Shown here: in pieces, positions 34,611 through 43,689 of the stretch
How positions within the stretch are numbered: the stretch's first letter is position 1
How the letters are laid out: the number at the start of each line of letters is the position of its first letter
Virus record (IMG/VR): IMGVR_UViG_3300045988_161624
Location: 1-51,183 of that record
Length of the DNA: 51,183 bases
Strand: one strand, 5' to 3'
Origin: a virus
Program-made: the position numbers and the translations under genes
The notes under the pieces: generated by a model
Told to the model about the DNA's origin: nothing
Database searches by the model: none
What the model saw: the letters and a program-made list of their open reading frames with translations, nothing else

Positions 34611-36339
34611 CAGCATGAGAGCGTTGACGGCTGCGCGCGCATCAACTGGACCAGTGCGCCCTTGGCATCCTCAACCGCTCGACAACGGCACATGGCCTCC
34701 TGACTACAAAGCGGTGTACGCATGGCGGACAGCTATGCTCCGCAGGCTTCGCTCAACGCCCGGTGCGCTTGAGGCGGCCCGGGCTTATTATAGTACACGG
34801 TCGGGCAATTTTATAATGGACTGGATAGACACATATGACCCGAGACGTCAACAGGACAAATGGGTGCCTTTCATCTTCTTCAAACGCCAACAGGAGGTGA
34901 TAGACTTTTTTGAGAGCTGTGCGGCAGACAGAGAGAGCGGGCTGGTGGAGAAATGCAGGGACTTCGGCTTGACATGGCTTGCTTGCGCTTATTCCGTATG
35001 GCGATGGCTTTTTATTAAAAATGATGCTGTCGGGTGGGGGAGTCGCAAAGAAACGCTTGTCGACAAACCCGGAGACCCGGACAGTATATTTGAGAAGATA
35101 AGACTTATTTTACACAGACTTCCGCGCATTTGGCTGCCTGAAGGCTTTAGCTTCGGGCGCAATTGTACTTATATGAAATTGCTTAATCCGGCTACTGGCG
35201 CCATTATTGCCGGAGAGGCCGGTGACAATATCGGCCGTGGTGGTCGACGGAGTTGTTATTTTTTAGACGAAGCAGCGCATTTGGAGAGAGCGGAGAAAGT
35301 AGAAGCGGCTTTAGGGGACAATACTAATGTCCGTATCGATATTTCATCGGTCAACGGCGTCGGTAATGTTTTTCATCGGAGACGCGAGAATGGTATTGTA
35401 TGGACCCCGGAGCGAAAGGAGTATCCAATCGGTTATGTCAGGGTGTTTGTAGCAGATTGGCGAGACCATCCGACTAAAACGCAAGAATGGTATGACGCTC
35501 GTAAAGCTCGATATGAACGAGAGGGTATGGCACATATTTTTGCACAGGAGGTTGATAGGAATTATGCAGCTGCCGTAAGCAATACTGTTATCGTTTACGA
35601 ATGGATATTGGCGGCTGTCGACGCGCATATCAAACTTCCGTGGCTGGGAGAAGCTGTAGAAGCACATAAAAACGAATGGACGGCCGGGCTTGATATAGCA
35701 GACGAGGGAAATGACCGTAACGCTTTAGCCATGCGGGAATATGTCGTGTGGCGTCAAGTGGATGAATGGGGCGAGAGAGATCCGGGGATTTCCGCTCGCA
35801 AGGCTGTATTGGCATGTCGCCCACATGCGGGAAATATTACTTGTCAATATGACTGTATCGGTGTAGGAGCGGGTGTTAAAACAGAGTACAACAGACTTGC
35901 GATAGACGACGGGGTAATAGATGCAAAACGCATACCTTTTATTCCGTGGAATGCGGGCGCTGCTGTAGAAAGACCTTTTGAAAGAATTATACCTGATGAT
36001 AATGAAAGCTTGCAAAATAAAGATTTTTTTGATAATTTGAAAGCACAAGCTTGGTGGTCTATGCGCACAAGATTTTATAAAACCTATAAAGCTGTAACGG
36101 AAGGTGTAAGATATAAACCGGAAGAACTTATATCTATAGACAGTTCAATGCAGCTTTTGGAACAGGTAAAAAAAGAACTTATGCAACCGACGGTCGGATA
36201 TAGTTCTCGGCTTAAAATGTTGATAGAAAAGAAACCGAACGGGATGAGATCGCCTAACTTAGCTGACAGTGGTGTTATGGCTTTCTTTCCTCTGTCGGAG
36301 AATACAAATTACAGTGTGGTTGGTTCATATGGGATATAA
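34597..36339 (+). CDS. terL: terminase large subunit
   Basis: GTG at 34597 lies 6 nt after GGAGGAGG. VPFIFFKRQQEVIDFF, VEKCRDFGLTW, YFLDEAAH. Position before the portal gene. Confidence 0.85.
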   Translation: MGTTSSMRALTAARASTGPVRPWHPQPLDNGTWPPDYKAVYAWRTAMLRRLRSTPGALEAARAYYSTRSGNFIMDWIDTYDPRRQQDKWVPFIFFKRQQEVIDFFESCAADRESGLVEKCRDFGLTWLACAYSVWRWLFIKNDAVGWGSRKETLVDKPGDPDSIFEKIRLILHRLPRIWLPEGFSFGRNCTYMKLLNPATGAIIAGEAGDNIGRGGRRSCYFLDEAAHLERAEKVEAALGDNTNVRIDISSVNGVGNVFHRRRENGIVWTPERKEYPIGYVRVFVADWRDHPTKTQEWYDARKARYEREGMAHIFAQEVDRNYAAAVSNTVIVYEWILAAVDAHIKLPWLGEAVEAHKNEWTAGLDIADEGNDRNALAMREYVVWRQVDEWGERDPGISARKAVLACRPHAGNITCQYDCIGVGAGVKTEYNRLAIDDGVIDAKRIPFIPWNAGAAVERPFERIIPDDNESLQNKDFFDNLKAQAWWSMRTRFYKTYKAVTEGVRYKPEELISIDSSMQLLEQVKKELMQPTVGYSSRLKMLIEKKPNGMRSPNLADSGVMAFFPLSENTNYSVVGSYGI

Positions 36340-36341
36340 AC

Positions 36342-37820
36342 ATGGTTAAAAAATCAGAGATGTTAAAACGGTCGCCGGATATTGAAACAATGGTGCCTTA
36401 CTGGGACAAGGTAACGGACATTCTTAACGGACAGGAAGCTGTCAAATGCGCTGGGACGGCATATATGCCTATGTTTCCCGATGAGAGTACGAAAGATTAT
36501 GACTTCCGCTTACAAATCAGCAAATTTACTAATATTTATCGGGATGTGGTCGAAGGACTGGCCAGCAAACCTTTTCAGAATGAGATAACCCTTCTGGGCG
36601 GTGAGGGCATCCCGCAAGAATTGCTTGACTTTGCTGAGAATGTTGATGGAGCTGGGAACAATTTGACGAGTTTTGCGGCGTTAACATTTTTTAACGGTAT
36701 TAATTACGCTCTCGACTGGATTTTTGTTGATTATCCGTCAGTTCCTAATCCTGAAGTCATTACGGTTGCTGAGGCTAAAAACATGAATCTTCGACCGTTT
36801 TGGGTGCATATTCTGGCTAAGAATGTACTTGAAATCAGAACGGAGATGAAAGGGTCTGAGCAGATTATAACATATTTCAGACACATGGAACCCGGCTTTG
36901 GCGACGAACCCATGCACGTCAGAGAATTTGTTAAAAATGAAAACGGTCAAATTGATTGGCGGCTTTATGTTGAAGTGCTGAACGATAAGGGTGAGAAAGA
37001 GTTTATTGTAGAGCAAGAAGGGGTGTTAAGTATTGATTTTATCCCGATGGTACCGTTTGTAACTGGTCGTCGGGACGGTAAAAGCTTTAAGTTTTATCCG
37101 CCAATGTCTGATGCCGCAGATTTGCAGATAACTCTTTATCAGAATGAATCGGCACTTGAATATATTAAAATGCTTACGAGTTATCCGATGCTTGCAACAG
37201 ATGGAACAAGAGTGCCGATGGAAGCTGACGGTAAAACCCCTAAAAAAGTGGCGGTAGGCCCTAATCGCGTGCTTTACGGTGTGCCACAGGACAACGGTAT
37301 CGGTGGGAGTTGGAAGTATGTAGAGCCGCAAGCAAACAGCTTGGAGTTTTTGCAGAAAAACATCGACAAGACTAAAAATGACTTGCGTGAGCTGGGTCGT
37401 CAACCGCTAACAGCGCTTTCAACACAGTTAACGACAGTAACGACTTCCATTGCAGCCGGTAAAGCTAAATCTGCGGTTACAGCATGGTGCTTTAATCTCA
37501 AAGACGCTTTAGAAAACGCCTTGCTGGTAACAATGAAATGGATGAACTCGGATTATGAACCGGAGGTTAATGTTTACACCGGGTTTGACAATGTTCTCGA
37601 TGACGGGCAGGACCTTGAAGAGTTAGGGAAAGCTCGTGAGCGGAGAGATATTTCGGTTGAAACTTATTGGGAAGAGCTTAAACGGCGTAAAGTGCTGTCC
37701 CCTGAGTTCAGTGTTGAGCTTGAAAAAAAGAGATTGCTTGAGGATATACCGGTAGATGAGCCGGATCTTAATTCTGGAAATGAAGCAGACAATAATCTTA
37801 ACCAAATTGAGGAAATATAA
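36342..37820 (+). CDS. portal protein (DUF4055-like)
   Basis: 492 aa directly after TerL. N-terminus VPYWDKVTDILNGQEAVKCAGTAYMP. Confidence 0.8.
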   Translation: MVKKSEMLKRSPDIETMVPYWDKVTDILNGQEAVKCAGTAYMPMFPDESTKDYDFRLQISKFTNIYRDVVEGLASKPFQNEITLLGGEGIPQELLDFAENVDGAGNNLTSFAALTFFNGINYALDWIFVDYPSVPNPEVITVAEAKNMNLRPFWVHILAKNVLEIRTEMKGSEQIITYFRHMEPGFGDEPMHVREFVKNENGQIDWRLYVEVLNDKGEKEFIVEQEGVLSIDFIPMVPFVTGRRDGKSFKFYPPMSDAADLQITLYQNESALEYIKMLTSYPMLATDGTRVPMEADGKTPKKVAVGPNRVLYGVPQDNGIGGSWKYVEPQANSLEFLQKNIDKTKNDLRELGRQPLTALSTQLTTVTTSIAAGKAKSAVTAWCFNLKDALENALLVTMKWMNSDYEPEVNVYTGFDNVLDDGQDLEELGKARERRDISVETYWEELKRRKVLSPEFSVELEKKRLLEDIPVDEPDLNSGNEADNNLNQIEEI

Positions 37821-38575
37821 TGACAAGAGGATGGAAATTTGACGAAGCCGGTAATGTTGTTATGAGAGACGGCAATCCGGTTTATATCAATACAAATGGT
37901 GATGAACAGACTATTTCTGTAGACACTATCGCCAATCTCAACAGAGAGGCAAGGGACAATCGAATTGCGAAAGAAGAAGCTTTGGATAAACTTAAAGCCT
38001 TTGAGGGTATCGATGCCGCAAAAGCTCGTGAAGCTTTGGAGGCTATCAGCAAAATCGACAGCAATAAACTTATCGAGGCAGGTAAAGTGGACGAGGTTAA
38101 AGCTCAAATTACCTCACAGTTTCAAACACAGTTGGATGAGAAAAACAAAGCTTTGACAGAATTGCAAGGCAAATATGAGGATATGATTATTAATAACGTA
38201 TTTGCCAACAGTGATTTCATTCGCAACAACGTTGCCGTTCCGAGAGATATGTTTGAAGCTAAATTCCGTAAGAACTTTAAGGTTGAAGACGGTAAAGTGG
38301 TTGTTTACGATAATAACGGTAATCGGCTTTACAGTAAAGACAAGCCGGAGTATGCAACCCCGGAAGAAGGATTGCGTATTTTGGCAGAGAGCCATCCGCA
38401 GCGTGACAGCATTCTGCGTGCTAATGCTGGTAATGGTACGGGAAGCTCTGGAGCCGGTGGTGGCACGGGCGGCTCTCGGTATATGAAACGTGCTGATTTT
38501 GAAAAACTTTCGCCTCAGCAGCAGTTGGAATATGCCAAGAAAATGTCGAACGGTGAAATTACCTTGACAGATTAG
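37820..38575 (+). CDS. scaffolding protein
   Basis: Coiled-coil-rich 251 aa lying between the portal and coat genes. Confidence 0.65.
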   Translation: MTRGWKFDEAGNVVMRDGNPVYINTNGDEQTISVDTIANLNREARDNRIAKEEALDKLKAFEGIDAAKAREALEAISKIDSNKLIEAGKVDEVKAQITSQFQTQLDEKNKALTELQGKYEDMIINNVFANSDFIRNNVAVPRDMFEAKFRKNFKVEDGKVVVYDNNGNRLYSKDKPEYATPEEGLRILAESHPQRDSILRANAGNGTGSSGAGGGTGGSRYMKRADFEKLSPQQQLEYAKKMSNGEITLTD

Positions 38576-38711
38576 AAACAAACTGTTAAATTATAATTGC
38601 TTTTTTCTAGAATTGAGAAAGCGCATCGGGTTGGATGACCTACATCAATCAATCGGTGCGCTTTTTTTACGCACCAAATAAAGTTTAACAAAATTTGAAA
38701 GGTGCTGAATT
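38562..38711 (+). promoter_or_regulatory. late promoter-like boxes plus structured leader, copy 1 (before the major capsid gene)
   Basis: CCTTGACA, N22, TATAATTGC. Hairpin AGCGCATCGG/TCGGTGCGCT followed by T7. Alternative GGTGCG/CGCACC stem. GAAAGGTG SD. About 85% identical to 42830-42925. Confidence 0.7.
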
Positions 38712-39857
38712 ATGGCTAATATTTTGACCAACCTCATCCCGGCTCTTTATCAGAATTTGGATGAAGTTTCTCGCGAGCTGACCGGCTTCCTGCCGTCTGT
38801 GGCTCGTAATTCTTCTGCCGCTCGTGCCGCTGTTGGTGAATCGGTAACTGTACCGGTCAGCTCGGCTATGGAGTCCGGCGATGTTACCCCGGCAATGACC
38901 GTTCCGGAGCCGGAAGACTTCACGATGGACAACGTTGCTATTCAGATTACGAAATCCCGTAACGTTTCTTTTGGTCTGACTGGTGAGGAATTTCAGGGTC
39001 TGAATAACGGTGTCGGAGCTAATTATATTCTCGGTGAAAACATCAAACAGGCTATTCGTACTTTGGCTAACGAGATGGAGAAAGACGTTGCTATTGAAGC
39101 TGCCGCCGCCTCCTCTCGCGCTTATGGTACGGCTGGTACTACCCCGTTCGCAACTGATTTGTCGGATGCTGCCCAGATTAAAAAACTCTTGGATGATAAC
39201 GGCGCTCCGATGGGTGGACGTTCTTTGATTATCAACACGACCGCCGGTGTAAATCTGCGTTCTTTGACGCAGTTGACGAACGTCGGTGATGCTGGTACCA
39301 ATATGACCCTGCGTCAGGGTGAGTTGCTGAACCTGTTTGGTTTCTCGATTAAAGAATCCGCTGGCATTCAGAATGTTGCTCAGTCGACGATTTCCGGTGT
39401 TACGTTGAATGCTGCGGAAGCTGGCGCTACCGAGCTGACGATTAAAGCTGCTACCTCTGGCTCTCTGAAAGCTGGTGACATTATTACCATTGCTGGTGAT
39501 GACAACAAATATGTTGTTGCCGAAGCTAACAGCTCTCTGGCTGCCGAAGGTAAGATTAAAATTGCTAAACCGGGTCTGCTTCAGGCTGCTGCTGACAGTG
39601 CTGCGGTTACCGTTGTTGCTGCTTCTGCCCGTAACATTGCGTTTACGCAGAACGCTATTCAGTTGGTTACCCGCGCTCCGGCTCTTCCGGGCGGACGTGA
39701 CGCGGCTGTTGACAGCTACATTATGACCGATTCCCGTTCGGGTATGGCTTTTGAAGTCCGTGTATATCAGGGCTACAGAAAGATGCGTATGGAAGTTGCC
39801 TGCGCATGGGGTGTTAAGGTTATTAAACCTGAGCACGTCGCAACCTTGCTTGGTTAA
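38712..39857 (+). CDS. major capsid protein (P22 coat-like)
   Basis: 381 aa after the scaffold gene. C-terminus MEVACAWGVKVIKPEHV resembles P22 gp5 CRIALWYGVNATRPEAI. Flanked by terminator hairpins. Confidence 0.75.
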   Translation: MANILTNLIPALYQNLDEVSRELTGFLPSVARNSSAARAAVGESVTVPVSSAMESGDVTPAMTVPEPEDFTMDNVAIQITKSRNVSFGLTGEEFQGLNNGVGANYILGENIKQAIRTLANEMEKDVAIEAAAASSRAYGTAGTTPFATDLSDAAQIKKLLDDNGAPMGGRSLIINTTAGVNLRSLTQLTNVGDAGTNMTLRQGELLNLFGFSIKESAGIQNVAQSTISGVTLNAAEAGATELTIKAATSGSLKAGDIITIAGDDNKYVVAEANSSLAAEGKIKIAKPGLLQAAADSAAVTVVAASARNIAFTQNAIQLVTRAPALPGGRDAAVDSYIMTDSRSGMAFEVRVYQGYRKMRMEVACAWGVKVIKPEHVATLLG

Positions 39858-39865
39858 GGTAAACA

Positions 39866-39898
39866 GGGAGGGTGGTAACCTGCCCTCCCAACTTTTTT
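39866..39898 (+). terminator. rho-independent terminator after the capsid gene
   Basis: GGGAGGG (39866-39872) pairs with CCCTCCC (39883-39889), then AACTTTTTT. Confidence 0.75.
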
Positions 39899-39910
39899 AT
39901 GGAGATGAAA

Positions 39911-40099
39911 ATGACCGCATTACCGACAATGAAAGTAAAGCATAAAGAATATGGGATTGAAATGGTTATCAATCAGTCAGATTTTGATGAGAAAATTCAT
40001 GAAGATTTGAACAAGAAAGCCGCCGCTCCCGCTGAATCAAAAAGAAAGAAAGCTGATAAAATTGATGATGAGCTGAAAGCCCTTATGGGAGAAGAATAA
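39911..40099 (+). CDS. small hypothetical head-associated protein
   Basis: ATG at 39911 lies 6 nt after GGAG. 62 aa. Confidence 0.5.
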   Translation: MTALPTMKVKHKEYGIEMVINQSDFDEKIHEDLNKKAAAPAESKRKKADKIDDELKALMGEE

Positions 40100-40608
40100 T
40101 GTATTACGGTAACGTTGACGATTTTAAAACCTATTGCACGTCAAGAGGGAAGTCATTGCATGAAACATGGAGTGATGAGATGATTGAGTCGGCGTTACTG
40201 GTTTCTTCTGAATGGCTTGATGGTGAGTATGAAAACATTTTTATCGGTTATAAAGCTAACGGATATAAGCAGGAGCGCAGCTGGCCGAGAGAGGCTGCTG
40301 TTGTTCAATCTTATCCGTATTATTTGTTTGCGAAAGATGAAATTCCGGCACAAATGGAAAAAGCAACGTATGAAGCTGCTTTTCGTAATTTGACATCGCC
40401 GGGTTCTTTGCAAGTTGATTTTACCCCCAATCAATACAGTTCCGTCAGAGTTGAAGGGGCTATTTCCGTTGAATATAATTCATCTGTTACCTATGCGTCA
40501 GACATTCAAACGGAGATACCGATTATTCAAACTTTGATGTCCGATTTAATCGATTATGATAAAGCCGGTTCGTTCAGTCGAGTGTCCGGGAGAGCGAGCC
40601 GTGTATGA
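40099..40608 (+). CDS. head-tail adaptor (DnaT-like/gp6-like)
   Basis: DDFKTYCTSRGKSL...LLVSSEWLDGEY...QERSWPR pattern. Position supports the call. Confidence 0.55.
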   Translation: MYYGNVDDFKTYCTSRGKSLHETWSDEMIESALLVSSEWLDGEYENIFIGYKANGYKQERSWPREAAVVQSYPYYLFAKDEIPAQMEKATYEAAFRNLTSPGSLQVDFTPNQYSSVRVEGAISVEYNSSVTYASDIQTEIPIIQTLMSDLIDYDKAGSFSRVSGRASRV

Positions 40609-40970
40609 GTATTTATGATGATTTACAAGGCGTTGCTTCAAACCTCTTAAAACAATTTAAACAAGGGTCGATAGAGCTCATTCAGTTTGTTTATCCTGAG
40701 GATTCAACACCTGACAACCCCGGAAAGCCGGAAGAGGTTGTGACGCCTTTAGATGCTGTTGCTAACGGTGAGCGTTTTAAATTTATGAATACGAGTTTCA
40801 TAAACGCTTCGGATATTGAAGTTACTACAGCGGTTGTTGAAGGTATAAGCCCGTCTGTAAATGATTTTATCAACATTGATGGTACAAAATATAAGATTAT
40901 AGAATTTAATCCGTTACCGGCAGCAGGGACGGCTTGTGCGTGGAAGTTTATTGTCCGCAAAGGGGGTTAA
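40605..40970 (+). CDS. head completion protein (unassigned)
   Basis: 121-aa ORF in the connector block. Confidence 0.45.
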   Translation: MSIYDDLQGVASNLLKQFKQGSIELIQFVYPEDSTPDNPGKPEEVVTPLDAVANGERFKFMNTSFINASDIEVTTAVVEGISPSVNDFINIDGTKYKIIEFNPLPAAGTACAWKFIVRKGG

Positions 40971-41972
40971 ATGGCTACAACCCTTGACACGCTTTACGCT
41001 TTACAAATCCCTCAAGTTCAAGAGCTTTTTATTCAGGCAATGGAGAACATTGTCGACCGTGCTGTTATTGAGGAAATGGTAGAGGCCATTGAGAATAATG
41101 ATGTTGAAGCTCTTTATGCTGCATCTGGTTTCACCCCTGTTGTTTTGAATACGGTTGTCAATCAAATTGAGCGGATTTATGAGGAAGCCGCAAACATTAC
41201 AATCGGCGCTTGGCCGAAAAGACTTAGAGCGGTTTTTAACATCCGTAATCCGAGAGTTGAAGAACAGCTCTCCGAATATTCAAGTAATTTCATTACAAAT
41301 ATTTCCGATGAAATAAAAGCTAATATCCGAACGACTTTGACGGACGGACTGGCAAGGGGTATAAATCCGAGAGAAACAGCGCTTAATATTGTCGGTCGTA
41401 TTAACCCTGCAACAAAAAAACGTGAAGGCGGGGTAATAGGGCTTTCAGCGAATCAAGTAGGGTGGGTTTCTAACGCCAGAATGTATTTGGAGAATTTAGA
41501 CAAGCGTTATTTTACGTTAGGGTTAAGGGATAAACGCTTCGATTCGTTGGTTCAAAACGCTATTAATAGCGGTCGGAAATTAACAAAAGATGAAATTTCC
41601 CGGCTGATAACGGCTTATGAGAATAAAGCCTTGCGATTTCGTGGCAATGCAATTTCCCGGACTGAAACAATGCAGGCTATTAACCGCGGTGAGTATGCTG
41701 CAATAGTTCAGAATATTGAAGAAGGTCTTATCAGTGAAAATCAGGTAACAAAATGGTGGGATGATACCCATGACGGCCGGACGCGTTTAACGCATTTGGC
41801 ACTTGGCAATACTTACGGTCGGAAAAATCCTATATCGTTTAACGAACCTTTTGTTACTATGACCGGACAGCAATTACTTTATCCGGGTGACAGGTCGCTG
41901 GGAGCCGATTTGCGAGAGATTGTTAATTGCCGTTGTAAAGCTCAGTATAATATTGACTTTTTAGCGAGGTAG
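40971..41972 (+). CDS. head morphogenesis protein (Mu F / SPP1 gp7 family)
   Basis: RGNAISRTETMQAINRGEY ... WWDDTHDGRTRLTH ... VNCRC. Confidence 0.8.
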   Translation: MATTLDTLYALQIPQVQELFIQAMENIVDRAVIEEMVEAIENNDVEALYAASGFTPVVLNTVVNQIERIYEEAANITIGAWPKRLRAVFNIRNPRVEEQLSEYSSNFITNISDEIKANIRTTLTDGLARGINPRETALNIVGRINPATKKREGGVIGLSANQVGWVSNARMYLENLDKRYFTLGLRDKRFDSLVQNAINSGRKLTKDEISRLITAYENKALRFRGNAISRTETMQAINRGEYAAIVQNIEEGLISENQVTKWWDDTHDGRTRLTHLALGNTYGRKNPISFNEPFVTMTGQQLLYPGDRSLGADLREIVNCRCKAQYNIDFLAR

Positions 41973-41975
41973 AGA

Positions 41976-42410
41976 ATGGCTGATTTTAATGCTACAATAG
42001 ACAGAATTGTTGCTAAAACTCAAAAAGATATGCTTGCGGTTGTCAAGAATAGTATTCAAGAGGTTGTACAAGATGCTCAAACGCCTCGTGATAAAGGTGG
42101 TAAAATGCCGGTTGATACGGGCTTCCTGCGGTTTTCAGCTACAGCGGCTCTTAATCATGTACCTTCAGGAGAAACGCTTGGTCGCGATCGTTTACCGGGT
42201 GAAGAAGGTGTATTGCCAGATTACGCAGTGAGTGATGATGCCAGTTATATTACCGATACGCTTGTTAAAATGAAAATCGGCGATGTTTTTCATTTTGGTT
42301 GGACTGCTGTTTATGCAAACCGACAAGAAATTTATAACGGTTTTATGGAATCGGCGGTTATGAATTGGCAAAGAATTGTAGACAATCAGGTTAGGAGATT
42401 GCAAAAATGA
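41976..42410 (+). CDS. HK97 gp10-like head-tail joining protein
   Basis: MPVDTGFLRFSA motif. 144 aa. Confidence 0.65.
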   Translation: MADFNATIDRIVAKTQKDMLAVVKNSIQEVVQDAQTPRDKGGKMPVDTGFLRFSATAALNHVPSGETLGRDRLPGEEGVLPDYAVSDDASYITDTLVKMKIGDVFHFGWTAVYANRQEIYNGFMESAVMNWQRIVDNQVRRLQK

Positions 42411-42808
42411 TAGAATCTAAGATTATCGACCTCTTGCAAAAGCAGGTTACCAAAGCCGTTGATGGTTTATATCCTATTAAATATTTGAATGTTAATATTG
42501 AACCGACTGATTCATTTTGGGAGGTTGTTTATATCCCGAATAATGTTGAAAATGAGTTCTGGGATAAGGGAAAAACTTATCAGGGTATTTTAAGATTGAT
42601 ACTTCATTGGCCGGCCGATAATACAGGTATTTATACACCTCTTCAAGAAGCTGAAAGAGTTTCTGCTGAATTTTCCAAAGGTACCGAATTATTTGGCGAT
42701 GATGTTAAGGTTATTATTACAGATAACCCGAATTTAACAAGTCTTAATGAAGACGACGGAAAATTGCTAATACCCTTGACAATTCGTTATTTGTGCTTTA
42801 AGCTATAA
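42407..42808 (+). CDS. tail terminator / tail completion protein
   Basis: 133 aa immediately upstream of the major tail gene. Confidence 0.5.
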   Translation: MIESKIIDLLQKQVTKAVDGLYPIKYLNVNIEPTDSFWEVVYIPNNVENEFWDKGKTYQGILRLILHWPADNTGIYTPLQEAERVSAEFSKGTELFGDDVKVIITDNPNLTSLNEDDGKLLIPLTIRYLCFKL

Positions 42809-42920
42809 TTGCATGGAATAATACCTCCGAGCGCACTAGGTTGGATGACCTAAAAAATCAATCAATCGGTGCGCTTTTTTACGCACCAAACAAAGTTTTA
42901 ATATTTGAAAGGTGCTAAAA
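42774..42920 (+). promoter_or_regulatory. late promoter-like boxes plus structured leader, copy 2 (before the major tail gene)
   Basis: CCTTGACA (42774-42781), N22, TATAATTGC (42804-42812). Same hairpins and SD as copy 1. Confidence 0.7.
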
Positions 42921-43673
42921 ATGGCGAATACAAACGCATTTTCGAAAATTTATGTTTGCCCCGACCCGCAGAACGATGACTTGACTGCTGACGATTATGC
43001 AGGGTTGAGCTGGGTTCTTATCAAAGGTGTGGGTAATCTCGGTGAAACTGGTAAGTCTACTAACATTTTGACGTATAACACATGGGAAACCGCAGTGGCG
43101 GATAAGGCTAAAGGTATTACTGATGCCGGTTCCCCGACACTTGAAGTTGCTCGTGACCCGAACGATGAAGGTCAGAAAATTCTCAACAGCGCCGCGGCTG
43201 TTGGTAACAACAACGACTATGCTTTCAAAATCGAACGTGCTGATGCTCCTCTCGGTGGAACGGGTACTATCATGTACAACCGCGGTCTGGTTGGTGGCCC
43301 GACCCGTCCGAACGGACAGAATGAAGACTTTGATTTGGAAGTCTTTACGCTTGGTCTGGTGCAGGAAGAAATTGTTGTCCCGCCGACGACCGGAACGGGC
43401 GCTCCTGTGATGACAGCAGCCCCGGCTATCACTGGAACGGCGCAGGTTGGAGAAACCTTGACCTGTTCGACCGGTACATTTACAGGTACTTCTTTGACCT
43501 ACAGCTATCAGTGGTTTGCTAACGGTCTTGTAGTGTCAGGAGCGGTTGAAAGCACTTATGATTTGGTTGAAGCGGATTTGGGTAAGGTATTTTCCTGCCG
43601 TGTAACTGCTAGAAACGACGGTGGTTCTGCTACCGGATTTTCTAACACTACAACTGGTGTAATTGCTGAATAA
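42921..43673 (+). CDS. major tail protein with C-terminal Ig-like domain
   Basis: ATG at 42921 (MANTNAF). C-terminus ITGTAQVGETLTCSTGTFTGTSLTYSYQWFANG..VTARNDGG is an Ig-like repeat. Confidence 0.75.
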   Translation: MANTNAFSKIYVCPDPQNDDLTADDYAGLSWVLIKGVGNLGETGKSTNILTYNTWETAVADKAKGITDAGSPTLEVARDPNDEGQKILNSAAAVGNNNDYAFKIERADAPLGGTGTIMYNRGLVGGPTRPNGQNEDFDLEVFTLGLVQEEIVVPPTTGTGAPVMTAAPAITGTAQVGETLTCSTGTFTGTSLTYSYQWFANGLVVSGAVESTYDLVEADLGKVFSCRVTARNDGGSATGFSNTTTGVIAE

Positions 43674-43689
43674 CAAAAGGATTTGAAAT

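Noticed and set aside
33640-36068. Cluster of - strand ORFs (33640..33999, 33936..34304, 34100..34285, 34308..34616, 35344..35667, 35630..35824, 35725..36048, 35844..36068)
   Set aside because: They lie in the GC-rich block, where stop codons are rare in all frames. They overlap well-supported TerS, TerL and HTH genes and have no SDs.
37026-38581. - strand ORFs antisense to the portal and scaffold genes (37026..37403, 37623..37826, 37664..38107, 37882..38064, 38114..38581)
   Set aside because: These are shadow ORFs inside a co-directional, tightly packed late operon.
38685-39836. 383-aa ORF on the - strand covering the whole major capsid gene
   Set aside because: It is antisense to a gene with a clear coat-protein C-terminal match and strong SD. 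Its translation is low-complexity (R/S/N/G-rich) and lacks an SD. This is a typical shadow ORF of a codon-biased gene.
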